DNA of 63,997 nt, filler included, from Octopus bimaculoides (GCF_001194135.2; 4 parts of 4 records of this genome joined end to end with filler, not necessarily neighbours in it), one strand, 5' to 3'. Shown: positions 24,508 to 38,142, counted from the first letter of the whole stretch. Notes: a model not told the origin generated them from the letters alone. Numbers and translations are program-made.

Positions 24508-24988
24508 GTTAATATATATATATACGTGAGTTCATTAAAGATCATTTAGCCAATAATGACGGTGAATATATCACGATCCAATAAACTCACCGCTCAAGAT
24601 TTAAAAGGAATCGGAAATTAAATCTTAAGTACTTAAAGTGAAAGAACAAGTTTAAACAAGAAATGCCCAAGTGTACGTTTTGATGCTTAAACATAAACTG
24701 TTCAATCAATCAATTTCCGTTGTTGGTTGCGTAAGAGAGTTTAAGGTCGAATCTATACATAATTGTTTCTGATGCTGATTATTTCATTGAATTTCGGAAA
24801 TATAAATAGAAGTTTGTATTTAGTTTCTTTACTAAGCATAGAAATGTATAAACATTGAATTTTCCGTTTATTTACATTGACTACACAAATAATCGATATT
24901 GTATTCGATGTTACTAAATTCTTTATATATCATATATTTACTTACATAGACTCGGCTGCAGTTACACTAACACACTAATTTCTCTCTC

Positions 24989-25063
<75 letters not shown>

Positions 25064-26331
25064 TTCTTACTATTATTCTTACTCTTTCTCTTTCTCTCTC
25101 TCTCTCGTTCTATGTATGCTTATATTCCTTTTATTTTTTACTTGTTTCACTCATTTGACTGTGGATATGCTGCGGCACCGTCTTCAAAGTCTTTAGCGGA
25201 AGAATTCTANNNNNNNNNNNNNNNNNNNNNNNNNNNNNNNNNNNNNNNNNNNNNNNNNNNNNNNNNNNNNNNNNNNNNNNNNNNNNNNNNNNNNNNNNNN
25301 NNNNNNNNNNNNNNNNNNNNNNNNNNNNNNNNNNNNNNNNNNNNNNNNNNNNNNNNNNNNNNNNNNNNNNNNNNNNNNNNNNNNNNNNNNNNNNNNNNNN
25401 NNNNNNNNNNNNNNNNNNNNNNNNNNNNNNNNNNNNNNNNNNNNNNNNNNNNNNNNNNNATATATATATATATATATATACATATATGTAAATATATACA
25501 TGCATCCGAGCAAACACATAAATGTGAAACAATGTGGAAAGAAAGAATATCGGAGATAGAGTAATATGCTTTAATATTAAAGCTGCAAAAACAGAAAAAT
25601 ATCTCAAACAAGTGCAACTCAGAGTTTCACATATGCCTTCGTTTGGAAGTTGTGATCCAGAAGGGAATAAAAAAAAATGATTGTACGTATAAAGTGTATT
25701 TTGATATGGTGCAAATTGACACATACGCATTTGAATTTGATTGATTGATATCACATACGGTCCTTCAGAAATATGTAAATTGAGATAGTAAATATAAAAA
25801 TCCAAAATGTGTATAACTGTGTATGTGTGGGTGTGTTGGTGTGAATGTGATTACCCACACATACACGGATATACATACACAAACACGCAAATACAATACT
25901 CCCCCACACACGCATATATGCACACATATGCACACACGCACACACAAACACAATACGCAAGTTTGCCAGTAAAAAATCACATACACACACACTCAAAAGG
26001 AAAAACACACACACATATACACACAATACAATCCCAACGAACACAACAAACACTCACAAACACACAATCATACACATATACACACAAGCATGCACACATG
26101 CACAATGACACACACCTCCCTGACAAATACAAGACACACAGACACACTCACACAAACACACCCACATGTATACACACACATTGCACTAACACTACAAACA
26201 AAACAAAATACTCACAAATACAGCACATACATGTCCCTTAAAATAGCAAACAGTCCTTAGCTGCACACAAGAGAAAATGTCAGAAAGACGGGTCAGTTAT
26301 CCCTCTACAACTTTTTGTAAATTTTAAATAT

Positions 26332-26402
26332 AGGCGCAGGAGTGGCTGTGTGGTAAGTAGCTTGCTTACCAACCACATGGTTGCGGGTTCATCCCCACTG
26401 CG
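26332..26402 (+). mobile_element. SINE family A head only, truncated
   Basis: aggcgcaggagtggctgtgtggtaagtagc...ccactgcgt, then a switch to non-SINE sequence. Confidence 0.85.
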
Positions 26403-26439
26403 TAGTGAGCACAAATACGAAAAACAAAATAGTGGAAAT

Positions 26440-28571
26440 CAGTGGCGTGCGGTGACTTCCGGGGTTGGGCATGCAATGAATCCCCCCCCCTCCCACAGCA
26501 ATTTTTCAGTAAAAAAATTTTCGTATTCCTACAATTTACATACGGGAGATTCTGAATATGCAATCACCCCCGTATGACCTAGAATAAGCAGGGAATAAAA
26601 AATGGCTCTGTAAAGATGAGCCTGAAATAAGTGTATTGTTTGTATTTTTCTCTCTCTTCGAAACGTCAGTACTTCCCCATCCTCACTCTCCCTTAAAAAG
26701 TCTAAAAATCATAAGTGAAATGTAATGAAGATGAAATTGGATTCTGTTAATATTTATGCATATTCGGAATCTTTGTTAAAGGTAGGAATCCGAAAAAAAT
26801 TTTCACAAAATTCGTTTTTCAAAGCGGTGCGATTCTGCATTAGCCCCTATACCTATTGGTTGAGCTGAATCAAATTAAAATGATTTAATTAAGAGAACAC
26901 ATTTAGTGACATTATATGGCCATGCTTTAAGATCGTTACGCCCTGGAAGACAAGTCAGGTGTATTATCATGCTACTTGTCAATTCCGGGAAAATTATTAA
27001 TACTCAAGCAGACTGTTCTGAGACTTACTGAACTCCGTATATTAAAAGACTACGTCTCACGCACACACATTGAAAATACACGCATATACATGAATACACA
27101 CACAATGAAAGACAGTAAAAAGNNNNNNNNNNNNNNNNNNNNNNNNNNNNNNNNNNNNNNNNNNNNNNNNNNNNNNNNNNNNNNNNNNNNNNNNNNNNNN
27201 NNNNNNNNNNNNNNNNNNNNNNNNNNNNNNNNNNNNNNNNNNNNNNNNNNNNNNNNNNNNNNNNNNNNNNNNNNNNNNNNNNNNNNNNNNNNNNNNNNNN
27301 NNNNNNNNNNNNNNNNNNNNNNNNNNNNNNNNNNNNNNNNNNNTTTTACAATTGACATTAGTGCTAACCCAGACAGTCTACTTTCTCCTGTCGCATTTCT
27401 TTGGTATGTTTTGATTCTACTTAATGCAGAAAAGGATCGCTCTACAGAAGCAGTGGTAGACGGAATTGTCAAAATCAACTTGCACAGATTGAAGGTCACT
27501 GCTGTAAATGTAACTCATTAAATGACTTAACTTCGCTTTTTTAAAATCTTTCATCGAATACGTCACATTGAGCTCATTTTGTAATCGAATTACATCAAAA
27601 AATCTGCCATAAGTGATTTTTAAAGAATCTATAGTGTCTACAGGAAATTGTTTGCAATATTCATCAACTTTGTTGAAATTCAAAAGTTTCATGAATTTAA
27701 ACTCTTCTAAGGATGAACATCGTGCTTTTATTTGGTCAACTACTGTACTGATAATTTTGTTACAATTCATTCTAATAATGTCGTTGAGGCTCAATAGATA
27801 TATTTTGGGATCTCTGAATTCCGATTCCTGCATCGACTCCATATTTTTCCCCTAACATATCATAAAAGATTGAAAAATTGTCAAGTTTGTTTTCGAGTAC
27901 AGTTCTAGTTTTATCTATTTGCTCTTTACAATACACTATGTCATGACTTTTACTCTGGATATTAAATAAGACGTCAGTAAAAGAAAAAATGTCACTGAAT
28001 ACTTCTAACAAAAAAAAGAAATCACTGGTTTGACAGACCAGTGAAGATAGAAACTGTATCTAGATGACTTTCCATTTTTTTGTCATATTTACTGATTAAA
28101 TATATGAGTTCTTTGGTCACCCACCGTTTATAATTAATTGTTTTCCATCGAAGTCTCTTTTCGAAAAACTATTTCTCAAAATATCGTTTATAACACACAT
28201 TTCACTCATTTGGAAAAAAGTAACACACGTGTAAGCATTTACATAACGGAAAAATAACGTTAGTCAAATTAAATATTTTTGTTTTCAGAACACTCCAAAA
28301 ATATAATAGTGCAAACAGATGTTTTGGATAAAAAATTCAAACTTACCGCCAGGCTGTTCCAAGAATTATGGCTAATTATAGCAGTTCTTGAGAACTGCTC
28401 TAGTTCCGGTTAAAAAGTAGAACCAGCTAACAAAGAGATAGAGAGGTGGGGTCATGCTATTATCAGAAAGCATGACTTCCTATGATAAATTTTTGGAATC
28501 ACTGACAGTGAGAGGAAGGGGTACAAAATATATATGCTATCGGTCTTGGCATATCTTGTGACAGGTCACTA

Positions 28572-28626
<55 letters not shown>

Positions 28627-28859
28627 GGAAGGACAAACTAACATAGATAGGGAGTTGGGGAGTGTCTATATGCGGGATTCTCAATGCATGCCTTCTCAAA
28701 GCTAGTACTAGTCACTTAGAGAGGGGAAGAAGGACAGAATATTTCGAAAACAACTGGACGGATTTTTCTTTGCAAGAAAGTAACTATTTTATCTAATTTT
28801 CCGATGATCTAACAAGCCATGCAGCGCATAACTTGCATGCCTGAGAGTGCACGCCCCTG
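26440..28859 (-). mobile_element. hAT DNA transposon with TIRs, 8-bp TSD and decayed transposase
   Basis: CAGTGGCGTGC (26440) and GCACGCCCCTG (28859) termini; GTGGAAAT duplicated at 26432-26439 and 28860-28867; minus frames 27345-28010 include LILTIPSTTASVERSFSALSRIKTYQRNATGESRLSGLALMSI (hAT dimerisation domain). Confidence 0.9.
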
Positions 28860-29814
28860 GTGGAAATAGTCCACGAATTTGATGGTGAAAACCGCCACAT
28901 GCTATTCTGTGTATGATATGATTATCCATCACACAAAATGATTACTTCTTTGTGGGGACCAGGTAGTCTTTATATGAAAGTAAATGATACTTGGTCATCG
29001 GAAAGAAGCTCCTGACGGTTTTTCAGCTCATGGAAACAATAAATTGTAACATATTTATGTACATACAGTATATATATTTGGTCAATTTGTAACCGTCGGT
29101 TGGACAAATTTTATTGTTTCCTTTACTAAGTTACGTTTAAATTTTCTAGTCAGATCAACATATATCGAATCAAACTTAATTTATTATTAACAACTTAATC
29201 GTTTGAAGATAAATCTGGCATTCAAAATGTGATCTTGGCGAGACATACTCATAGTTCAGTATTAAAATAAATATTGTGAATTGGTTTGAACGATAATTAA
29301 AATGAGAGTGATCCAGTGCAATATATACAAAGCAATAGAAAGCTATTATACATTAATCTGTCAATATATTGCGATTTTAAAATAAACTTCTTTTATTCAC
29401 GAACCGTATCAATACAAGTAGATTGGTTAGATTGCGAAGATCAATGGATAGAAGTAGATATTTATTAGAATAGTACTGAAGCTGATGGTAAAGTTCATCA
29501 CTTATTTATCATCTGAATTGCAAAACATTCTGACAAGAAAGAAGAAAGCAACTTCATAAGACCTCTACTTTAAGAACGCATTTAAGAAAAGGGAATTATT
29601 TTGACGGCAATTTCTAAGGTAAGTTAATGTTGTTCACCTATTTTTTTTTTTTAAAGTTTCAGCTTAGAGCTGCGGCCATGCTGTTGCACCACCTATCTTT
29701 ACATATGTGGAAAGAATTTGACAATATTGTTTTAAGGTCATATCATCTTTATCGAGACCAGTGCAAATAGATCAGCTGGTTTCATCAGTCAGTGGAATTG
29801 GCGTCACTTTAGTC

Positions 29815-29848
<34 letters not shown>

Positions 29849-30974
29849 GTCCTCCAGTTCATTTGGGTCGTGGTTTCGCACGCGCATCCAAGGCATTTTT
29901 GAATTGGTATCTCAGTAGCATTTTCCACCCAGCGCAATTTTACTCCGATCAACTCGGTTGGTTGGTTGAGGGCTACTTTCCTTCCGTTTTCTTTTTTTTT
30001 ATTATTTTACACATCGTCTGGCCAGTTTTAACTCTTCTTCATCTAGAAGGCAATCTTTCAGATTTCGTGCAGCAAGCGTAAAAGGAATTCCCTTTCCAGT
30101 ATCTCTTGTGACTGTAGCAAATTTAGCGACTACAGCGGAGGTTGTGGTAGTGGCTGCAACGGAGGCGGCGCTGGTGTTCAGGTTACTTACAAAATTTTCT
30201 GGTTTCCTTTCTAACTTTAAGTTGCATTACTTTTTAATAGATTTTGTTATTGTTGTTGTTGTTGTTTAGTTGATGCATTGCTGACTTGCCAGAGGTTTTG
30301 ACGCTGCTAGGAACAAAAATAAGTTCGCCTCAGTGAATGGTTTTGCTGAGGCGCGGTGGCGTCAACTACTGTAGTCAACAGTACGTTAGTATTGTCTTTC
30401 TTCTCATATTATTTCTTCATTTTCCAGTTTTCAAAATATTTGCAAAATATTTGCTTTTACCGAAGATCGAAGAAAGTTTAAAGATATTGATGTGCACCCC
30501 TTGAAAAGCAGGTTGTGTTTCTAATCGGAAATATTAGTAGAGCCGTGCAGAAACTGTATAAAAAAAGGTGACGAGGAGATTGGAAACGCTTTTACTACTA
30601 ACGGAGCACTGGCAGTGGCTCTTATGGCTTCTGATCTTAATTGATTGGAAGTGTTATCATGTACACTGTTTTGTCTTGGTAAAAAAAAATGGGTTACAGC
30701 AAATATTCTGCTCAATACTACAGATTTACTTGTCAGTTGTTTGACCTTAACTAGTTGAGCATGTCCCTTAGTGTCTGAGGGTATGTGCATCTCTGATCAC
30801 GAGCAGAAGTAGTGGGGGAGCTTCATAGCCACGTGTTGAGAGGAATTCTTTGGGGTTTGAATAATTCCCCTCGGGAAACCTTATTCAAGGACCTTTCGAG
30901 TTGGATGGTCTACTAGACATGAAGAAAATTCTAACTGTGCCCCACCTGCAAGGTCATGCGCTGCACTCTCAATC

Positions 30975-31110
<136 letters not shown>

Positions 31111-31129
31111 GTTCAGTAGTTTTATTTTT

Positions 31130-31229
31130 NNNNNNNNNNNNNNNNNNNNNNNNNNNNNNNNNNNNNNNNNNNNTTAATTAATTAANNNNNNNNNNNNNNN
31201 NNNNNNNNNNNNNNNNNNNNNNNNNNNNN
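31130..31229. other. Artificial 100-bp scaffold spacer: 44 N + TTAATTAATTAA + 44 N
   Basis: Identical construct at 60890-60989 and 62793-62892. Confidence 0.9.
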
Positions 31230-31242
31230 TATATATATATAC

Positions 31243-31346
31243 GATGCAGTGTATAAACACATAAGAGGAATCCACTCATGGGATTCCTTACGCTAGCGTA
31301 AGGAATCCCATGAGTGGATTCCTCTTATGTGTTTATACACTACATC
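31243..31346. repeat. 104-bp spacer-less palindrome centred on GCTAGC, adjoining a PLE pLTR-like segment (to about 31620)
   Basis: 52-bp arms with 1 mismatch; 31450-31620 resembles 12610-12770. Confidence 0.9.
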
Positions 31347-31617
31347 TTATGAGTAATTAATAGTCTTTGGACTAAATTTTTATACGCTAGACCACTGAAA
31401 GTGAAAATTTTTATTAATTTCCATTTCCCTTCGATATGATAATATATATACACCAAAATTGCAAATCGCGACACGGCAATGCACATTAGGGACTTACCTC
31501 CCTTTGTCAGTCATTAATTATAGTGCTTTGGTGGCTTTGGAGTTAATTTAACTCTTATTTTAGCATAAGCATAAGCATAGACTCTTATTTTAATCAGTAT
31601 CCTCCGTCACTTTTGTG

Positions 31618-31663
<46 letters not shown>

Positions 31664-32249
31664 ATAAACATACGTACATACATAAACACACACACACACA
31701 CACACACATAAAGTAAAGACTATATGCAAACAGAATGTGGCAGTTCTGATTGGAATGAATGTTACTATTGTTTAACCCCAGGAAACGTCGTTTGCAGCTG
31801 TTTATATGACACAATATATGTGTCTTTATATTTAATGTAAAGAGTATTTGCCAGATACTCTTTCGAGTCCTGTTCGAAAATATATTAACACAGATATTGT
31901 GTCGTATAGCCAGTTGGAAACGACGTTTCCTGGGGCTAAACAACACTCGTCCCATCCAGGATTGTCACATTATGTTGGCAAATTGACTTTACATTAAAGT
32001 ACTCTTACTGAATATCTCTTTTTGAGAGATTTAGAAATAATGTTTCCATATATTAGATCGGTATCTGTGTGTCACTTTGAAAATTTTATATTTTCGAACG
32101 GGAATTCAGCAGCGCCGTCTAGCAATAACCCAGAAACCGGTCCAAAGATATTGCTTTTTGCTGTTCGAAAATACTGAATATCTCTCCTTGAGAAATTTAG
32201 AAATAATAATGTTTATATATATACTGTTTACTCTTTATTCTTTTACTCT

Positions 32250-32446
32250 TTTACTTGTTTCAGTCATTTGACTGCGGCCATGCTGGAGCACCGCCGTTAG
32301 TCGAGAAAATCGACTTATTCTTTGTAAGCCTAGTACTTATTCTATCGGTCTCTTTTTGCCGAACCACTAAGTTACGGGGACGTAAACACACCAGCATCGG
32401 CTGTCAAGCGATAGTGGGGGGACAAACACAGACACACAAACACACA

Positions 32447-32498
<52 letters not shown>

Positions 32499-32668
32499 TA
32501 TATACGACGGGCTTCTTTCAGTTTCCGTCTACCAAATCCACTCACAAGGCTTTGGTCGGCCCGAGGCTATAGTAGAAGACACTTGCCCAAGGTACCACGC
32601 AGTGGGACTGAACCCGGAACCATGTGGTTAGTAAGCAGGCTACTTACCACACAGCCACTCCTGCGCCT
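32250..32668 (-). mobile_element. SINE family A, full length
   Basis: Reverse complement of the family A head and tail. Confidence 0.9.
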
Positions 32669-32960
32669 ATATATAATATAGGGTAAGATTAATTTATTAA
32701 TAAGTCAATTAATAAATTGATTAATAATCAATAATTCTACCAGTCCGGACGTTAAAATAACCCTTTTAGGTGAATTATACAAAATATTCTATAATTATAT
32801 ACATAATCATAATCAGGAGTCAGCTAATTGCTTTTCCACATACCAAAATTAGAAATAGACGCTATTGTCATTTCAAACTACCATAAGTATCTCCGAGACA
32901 ATAACACACTTTTTTATGGAGGCAAAAAGAAAAAATGATGAATCCACACGACTTCGATTA

Positions 32961-33022
32961 ATCACAGACGCGTTTCGAGATTAAAGTAAGTTATATTTAC
33001 CAATTTCCCTCCTCAGTGTGAT
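32961..33022 (-). ncRNA. Canonical type I hammerhead ribozyme motif
   Basis: Minus strand: atcaca CTGAGGA GGGA-loop-TCTC GAA ACGCGT C tgtgat; all core residues present, GUC cleavage triplet, palindromic stem III. Confidence 0.85.
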
Positions 33023-33343
33023 ATTTCGAGTTATAAATTTGCGAGTGTTAGGATTAAATATGCACGCGATCAAGCGTCATCGCATAACTGATATTCAACC
33101 GTATTCCCCAAAATATACAACCGAATCTGAATACATATTTATCTTTTATACCCACGTTAAGCAATCTTACCCTATATAATTATTAAAATTTTAATTTACT
33201 CCCTGATCGATACTGCCGTTTGCTGCAGGATAGTTCGTAACACACACGTGGGTATAAAAGACTACGGCTGAATATCAGTTATACGATGACGCTTGATCGC
33301 GTGCGTATTTAATCCTAACACTCGGAAATTTATAACTCGAAAT

Positions 33344-33405
33344 ATCACACTGAGGAGGGAAATGGCTAAATATAATTTACTTTAATCTCGAAACGCGTTT
33401 CTGAT
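33344..33405 (+). ncRNA. Diverged copy of the same hammerhead (GUU triplet, one stem I mismatch)
   Basis: atcaca CTGAGGA GGGA-loop-TCTC GAA ACGCGT T tctgat. Confidence 0.7.
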
Positions 33406-33687
33406 TTATCGAAGTCGTATAGATTCATCATTTTTTTTTCTTTTTACATACATAAAAAGTGTGTTATTGTCTCGGAGATACTTATGGTAGTTTGAAATGA
33501 CATTAGCGTCTATTTCTTATTTCGGTACGCGGAGAAGCAATTAGCTGACCCCTAATTATAATTATGCATATATATATATGTATACGTATACATACATAAA
33601 CATATATATACATTCAAACACATACATGAATGAATTGAAAACTAAATGTATATACGTATGTATATATATATTTATATACATACAAAC

Positions 33688-33721
<34 letters not shown>

Positions 33722-34264
33722 TCACATACATAAATACACACATATATACAAATATACATACATATATATATGTATATATANNNNNNNNNNNNNNNNNNNN
33801 NNNNNNNNNNNNNNNNNNNNNNNNNNNNNNNNNNNNNNNNNNNNNNNNNNNNNNNNNNNNNNNNNNNNNNNNNNNNNNNNNNNNNNNNNNNNNNNNNNNN
33901 NNNNNNNNNNNNNNNNNNNNNNNNNNNNNNNNNNNNNNNNNNNNNNNNNNNNNNNNNNNNNNNNNNNNNNNNNNNNNNNNNNNNNNNNNNNNNNNNNNNN
34001 NNNNNNNNNNNNNNNNNNNNNNNNNNNNNNNNNNNNNNNNNNNNNNNNNNNNNNNNNNNNNNNNNNNNNNNNNNNNNNNNNNNNNNNNNNNNNNNNNNNN
34101 NNNNNNNNNNNNNNNNNNNNNNNNNNNNNNNNNNNNNNNNNNNNNNNNNNNNNNNNNNNNNNNNNNNNNNNNNNNNNNNNNNNNNNNNNNNNNNNNNNNN
34201 NNNNNNNNNNNNNNNNNNNNNNNNNNNNNNNNNNNNNNNNNNNNNNNCCTCCTCCTCCTCCTCG

Positions 34265-34296
<32 letters not shown>

Positions 34297-34894
34297 GTCA
34301 TTGTCTTCCACATTACCTTCGTCGACATCATCTTTTTTATTATCTTCGTTGTCCTCCTCCTCATCATCATCATTATCAACAAGACATTGATTTCAACAGC
34401 ATAAGTGGACACTGCAAGTTCCCAAATATAGTGTTATAAACCTTATTTTCTCTTCACAATTTCAAACAATTAAATTATATTTATTATTATTGTTACTATT
34501 ATTATTATTATTATTATTATTGTTGTTGTTGTTGATGATAATGTTGTTGTTGTTGATGATGATGATGTTGTTACTGTTGATGATGTTGTTGTTGTTAAAG
34601 CGGCGAGCTATCGTTAACTTGCCAGGTAAAATGTTTAGCGATAATTTTACATTATCTATCATCTATAGTTATATCTGACCTCCTACAATAATATGGTAAG
34701 ATTTTATGGGAGAATCCCATAAATTCCAGTTATAAATTTTCTCTATCACAGCCTCTGGTTTGTGTTCATACCACTTTGCTGCTACTTCGAATCTATAAAC
34801 ACGGTGTTCTCCCTTTCTAAACGACAAAATATGCTGTCATTAATTTTCCTATAACAAAATTCTGCTTAGCCTCTAGCAATGCGGTAAGTCTGCC

Positions 34895-35195
34895 TTGAGT
34901 AAAGTCGCGCGGCTTAGTGGTCTGCATATTCAATTCATGATCGTAAGGTGGCATCTTGTGTCCTTGAGCAAAACGTTTTATTTCACGTTGCTCTAGTTCA
35001 CTCAGCCGGCAAAATGAATTGTATCTGTAATTCAAAGGGCCGTCTTGTTACATTGTGTAACATTGAATCTCCATGAGAAACACATGAACTGCACGCGTGT
35101 CTGTGGAGTATTCAGCCACTTGCACGTTAATTGCACAAGGAGGTTTTTCCATTGATCGGAACACCTGGAACCTTGTCGTTGTAACCGACGGAACG
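34895..35195 (+). mobile_element. Diverged SINE family B copy
   Basis: Shares gtgtctgtggagt.ttcagccacttgcacgttaatt...attgatcgga with 8817-9201. Confidence 0.7.
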
Positions 35196-36179
35196 CTAGT
35201 TTTTAAAGTCTGTCTTGTCAATTATTATCCAAAGTTTGCTGGTCTTTTCTATTCAGTACCGTAAGCCAATAGAAGAACAGAGTGGACAATGGGAAAAGTA
35301 CATGTCCAGATCGTTAATGATCCCTCTAGGATAAACCACATAAGAGTTTATAGAATGGTGCTCGACTAGTGGAAGTGTATGTTGAGAAATGGATCTGTCT
35401 ATCGCAGTTGTACCATACTCTACTCATTTGGACATGGCTGACTTCAGTGACGTTTTTTAAGGCATGGGCACACCGTACAATTGCCCGACGAACTCACGTG
35501 TCTAGGGACCCTATTTTAATCAATAACTAAAGGTTGTAGGGCTCAGTGCATTGATTTTCTTGGGGGTCTCACTGGTTTAGGGCCTCAATTCTGATCTATG
35601 TAATCTGCAGCTTGTTGTCAGTAAATTAAAAAACAACTATAGGGCCCAGTTCAACGACTTGCTCGGGGACTATAAAGCCGCTGAGATGACTCAGACTGAC
35701 CGAAAGCTACACAACAACAACACTCTTAGCTTAACTACCGTTATTATTACTCCCATTACTGCTTCTAAAACTATGACCTCCACAATTGCTTCAGTCATTA
35801 CAAAATTTCCCAACCAGTACTGTTAACACTACCACATCTGTTACCTCTAACAAGATCACTACGATTATAACTTTTACTATAACCTTCACAACTACAACTA
35901 AAAGCAACCTCCTCCACAGACCCATACGTTGTCATCAAAGAAACCAAAGCATGGCTCCAAAAATACCAACCATACTATCAGACCAGACAACTCCGAAGCC
36001 AGCGAAGGATCTTCTATGCGGTCTGTCGACTTGCGAGATATAGCAGCCAAATTCCTTAAAATAACATCCTATCATTTTATAAATTGAATGACCCATTACA
36101 TAATTTATTCTTTTATATAATAAAAGACGGGATGGTCATAGTTGGAGTAACTTTGATCCTTTATCGGCTGACCTGGAGA

Positions 36180-36206
36180 TAAACAAGAACAGCAACAACA
36201 ACACTA

Positions 36207-36276
<70 letters not shown>

Positions 36277-36730
36277 CCTTGTAACATGTATTGTCTCTAT
36301 CTCATTTTTCAATATTTTAATTTTTATCAGTTGCCAACACGTCAACTGCAACTACCACTATCTTCAACCACCAATACTATCACAGTGCTTTCCCCCCACA
36401 AAAATAACTCTGCCGGTGGCATCATTAATTCCAATACAATTAACCCCCACCACCAACACTACAATCACCATCACAACAATCACCTCTACCACAACCACCA
36501 CTAACATTACTATCTCCACCACCTCCACCACCTCCACCATCAGCACCACCATCACTGCTACCGTCACTACTACCATCACTACCATCATCACCACCAACAC
36601 CTCCACCGGCAGCATCAACAATAAATAACATAGCTGTTGGTTTCTGCATCCGCATCGCTCTGTCTCCCGTGTGGATTGACGTCACAGCAAACGTCACAAA
36701 TTTCAATGTCATCAGTAGCTAGTCTCACTA

Positions 36731-36762
<32 letters not shown>

Positions 36763-36900
36763 ATTGGTGACAATAATAACAATAGCAGACAATGATGTAT
36801 TATATTTGAATTTCAGCATCATAAACATAAATACTAGCCTTTAACCACCACCACCACCACTACAGTGCATCCTCTCCGTTAATACACCTAACGAAAGCTA
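36180..36900. repeat. Trinucleotide low-complexity tract ((ACT)n, (CAC/CAT)n, (GCT)n)
   Basis: Read directly; source of spurious Thr/His/Val-rich ORFs. Confidence 0.85.
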
Positions 36901-36940
36901 CTACTCTACTTGTTAACTACTAATATTACTGCCATTATGA

Positions 36941-37155
36941 AAGCTGCGAGCTGGCAGAATCGTTAGCACGCCGGGTGAAATACTTAGCGCTTTTTCGTCT
37001 GCCGTTACGTTCTGAGTTCAAAATCGGCCGAGGTCGACTTTGTCATTCATCCCCCTGGAGGTCGATTAAAATAAGTACCAGTTGATCACTAGGGTTAAGG
37101 TAATGGACTTGCTCCCCTTTCCCGAAATTACTGGCCTTATGTCAAAATTTGAAAC
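36941..37155 (+). mobile_element. SINE family C
   Basis: aagctgcgagctggcagaatcgttagc (A-box-like)...gttctgagttcaaaat (B-box-like). Confidence 0.75.
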
Positions 37156-37339
37156 CAATGTTACTGCCAGTATGATGACTACTGCCAGCACCATCACTAT
37201 TATTACCATGGGGATTTTTTTCATGTGCGTAGAAAAACAAAAAAGAAGAGCGAGAAAGTTGGAGTGGCAACAGTGTGAATTTCCGGTTTCGGGCGAATAA
37301 ACAAACTCTACCACCATATGGTAAATATTCTTATTACAT

Positions 37340-37510
37340 ACAGACACAGGCATGGAGGTGTGGTAAGAAGTTGGCTTCCCAACCACATGACTCTGGGTTC
37401 AGTCTTACTACGTGGCACCTTGAGCAAGTGTCTTCTATTATAACCTCGAGCCGATCAAAGCTTTGTGAGTGGATTTGGTAGGCGGAAACTGAAAGAAGCT
37501 CGTCGTCATG

Positions 37511-37542
<32 letters not shown>

Positions 37543-37662
37543 GCGTCCATGCAGCTACTGGTTACTTGAATTCACTCACAAGGCATTGATTGGTCCAGGT
37601 CTATAGTAGAAGACACACAAGGTGTACGCAGTGGGACTGAAGCCGAAACCATGTAACTGCTT
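37340..37662. mobile_element. Two family A SINE 5' halves in inverted orientation around (TA)n
   Basis: 37340-37507 on +, 37537-37662 on -. Confidence 0.75.
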
Positions 37663-37715
37663 TTCAAGTATCTTAATAAACCGGCCAAGGTTGTGTGTGT
37701 GTGTTTGTGCATTTT

Positions 37716-37764
<49 letters not shown>

Positions 37765-37942
37765 GCTCACACAATCACAAGGAAACACACATAGAAACAC
37801 ACGAAGAAACACACAATTATATAGAAATATTATCGTCAGTATACTATCCGCATCATATAAAAACTGTAGAATTATCTATTTATGATACATCTCTCTCTCT
37901 CTTTTTCTCTCTCTCTCCCTCTTTTCTCTCTCTTTCTCTTTC

Positions 37943-37986
<44 letters not shown>

Positions 37987-38073
37987 CATTTATACATACA
38001 TATATACATATATGCATGTATATATATATATATGTATAAAGATAGTCTACATATTTATGGAGTCGTATAGTAG

Positions 38074-38142
<69 letters not shown>

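Larger units (their letters stand above)
32796..33572. repeat. Large inverted repeat, about 295-bp arms (32796-33090 and 33266-33572), no ORF
   Basis: For example gtcagctaattgcttttcc versus ggagaagcaattagctgac, and ttcaaactaccataagtatctccgagacaataacacac versus its reverse complement. Confidence 0.9.
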
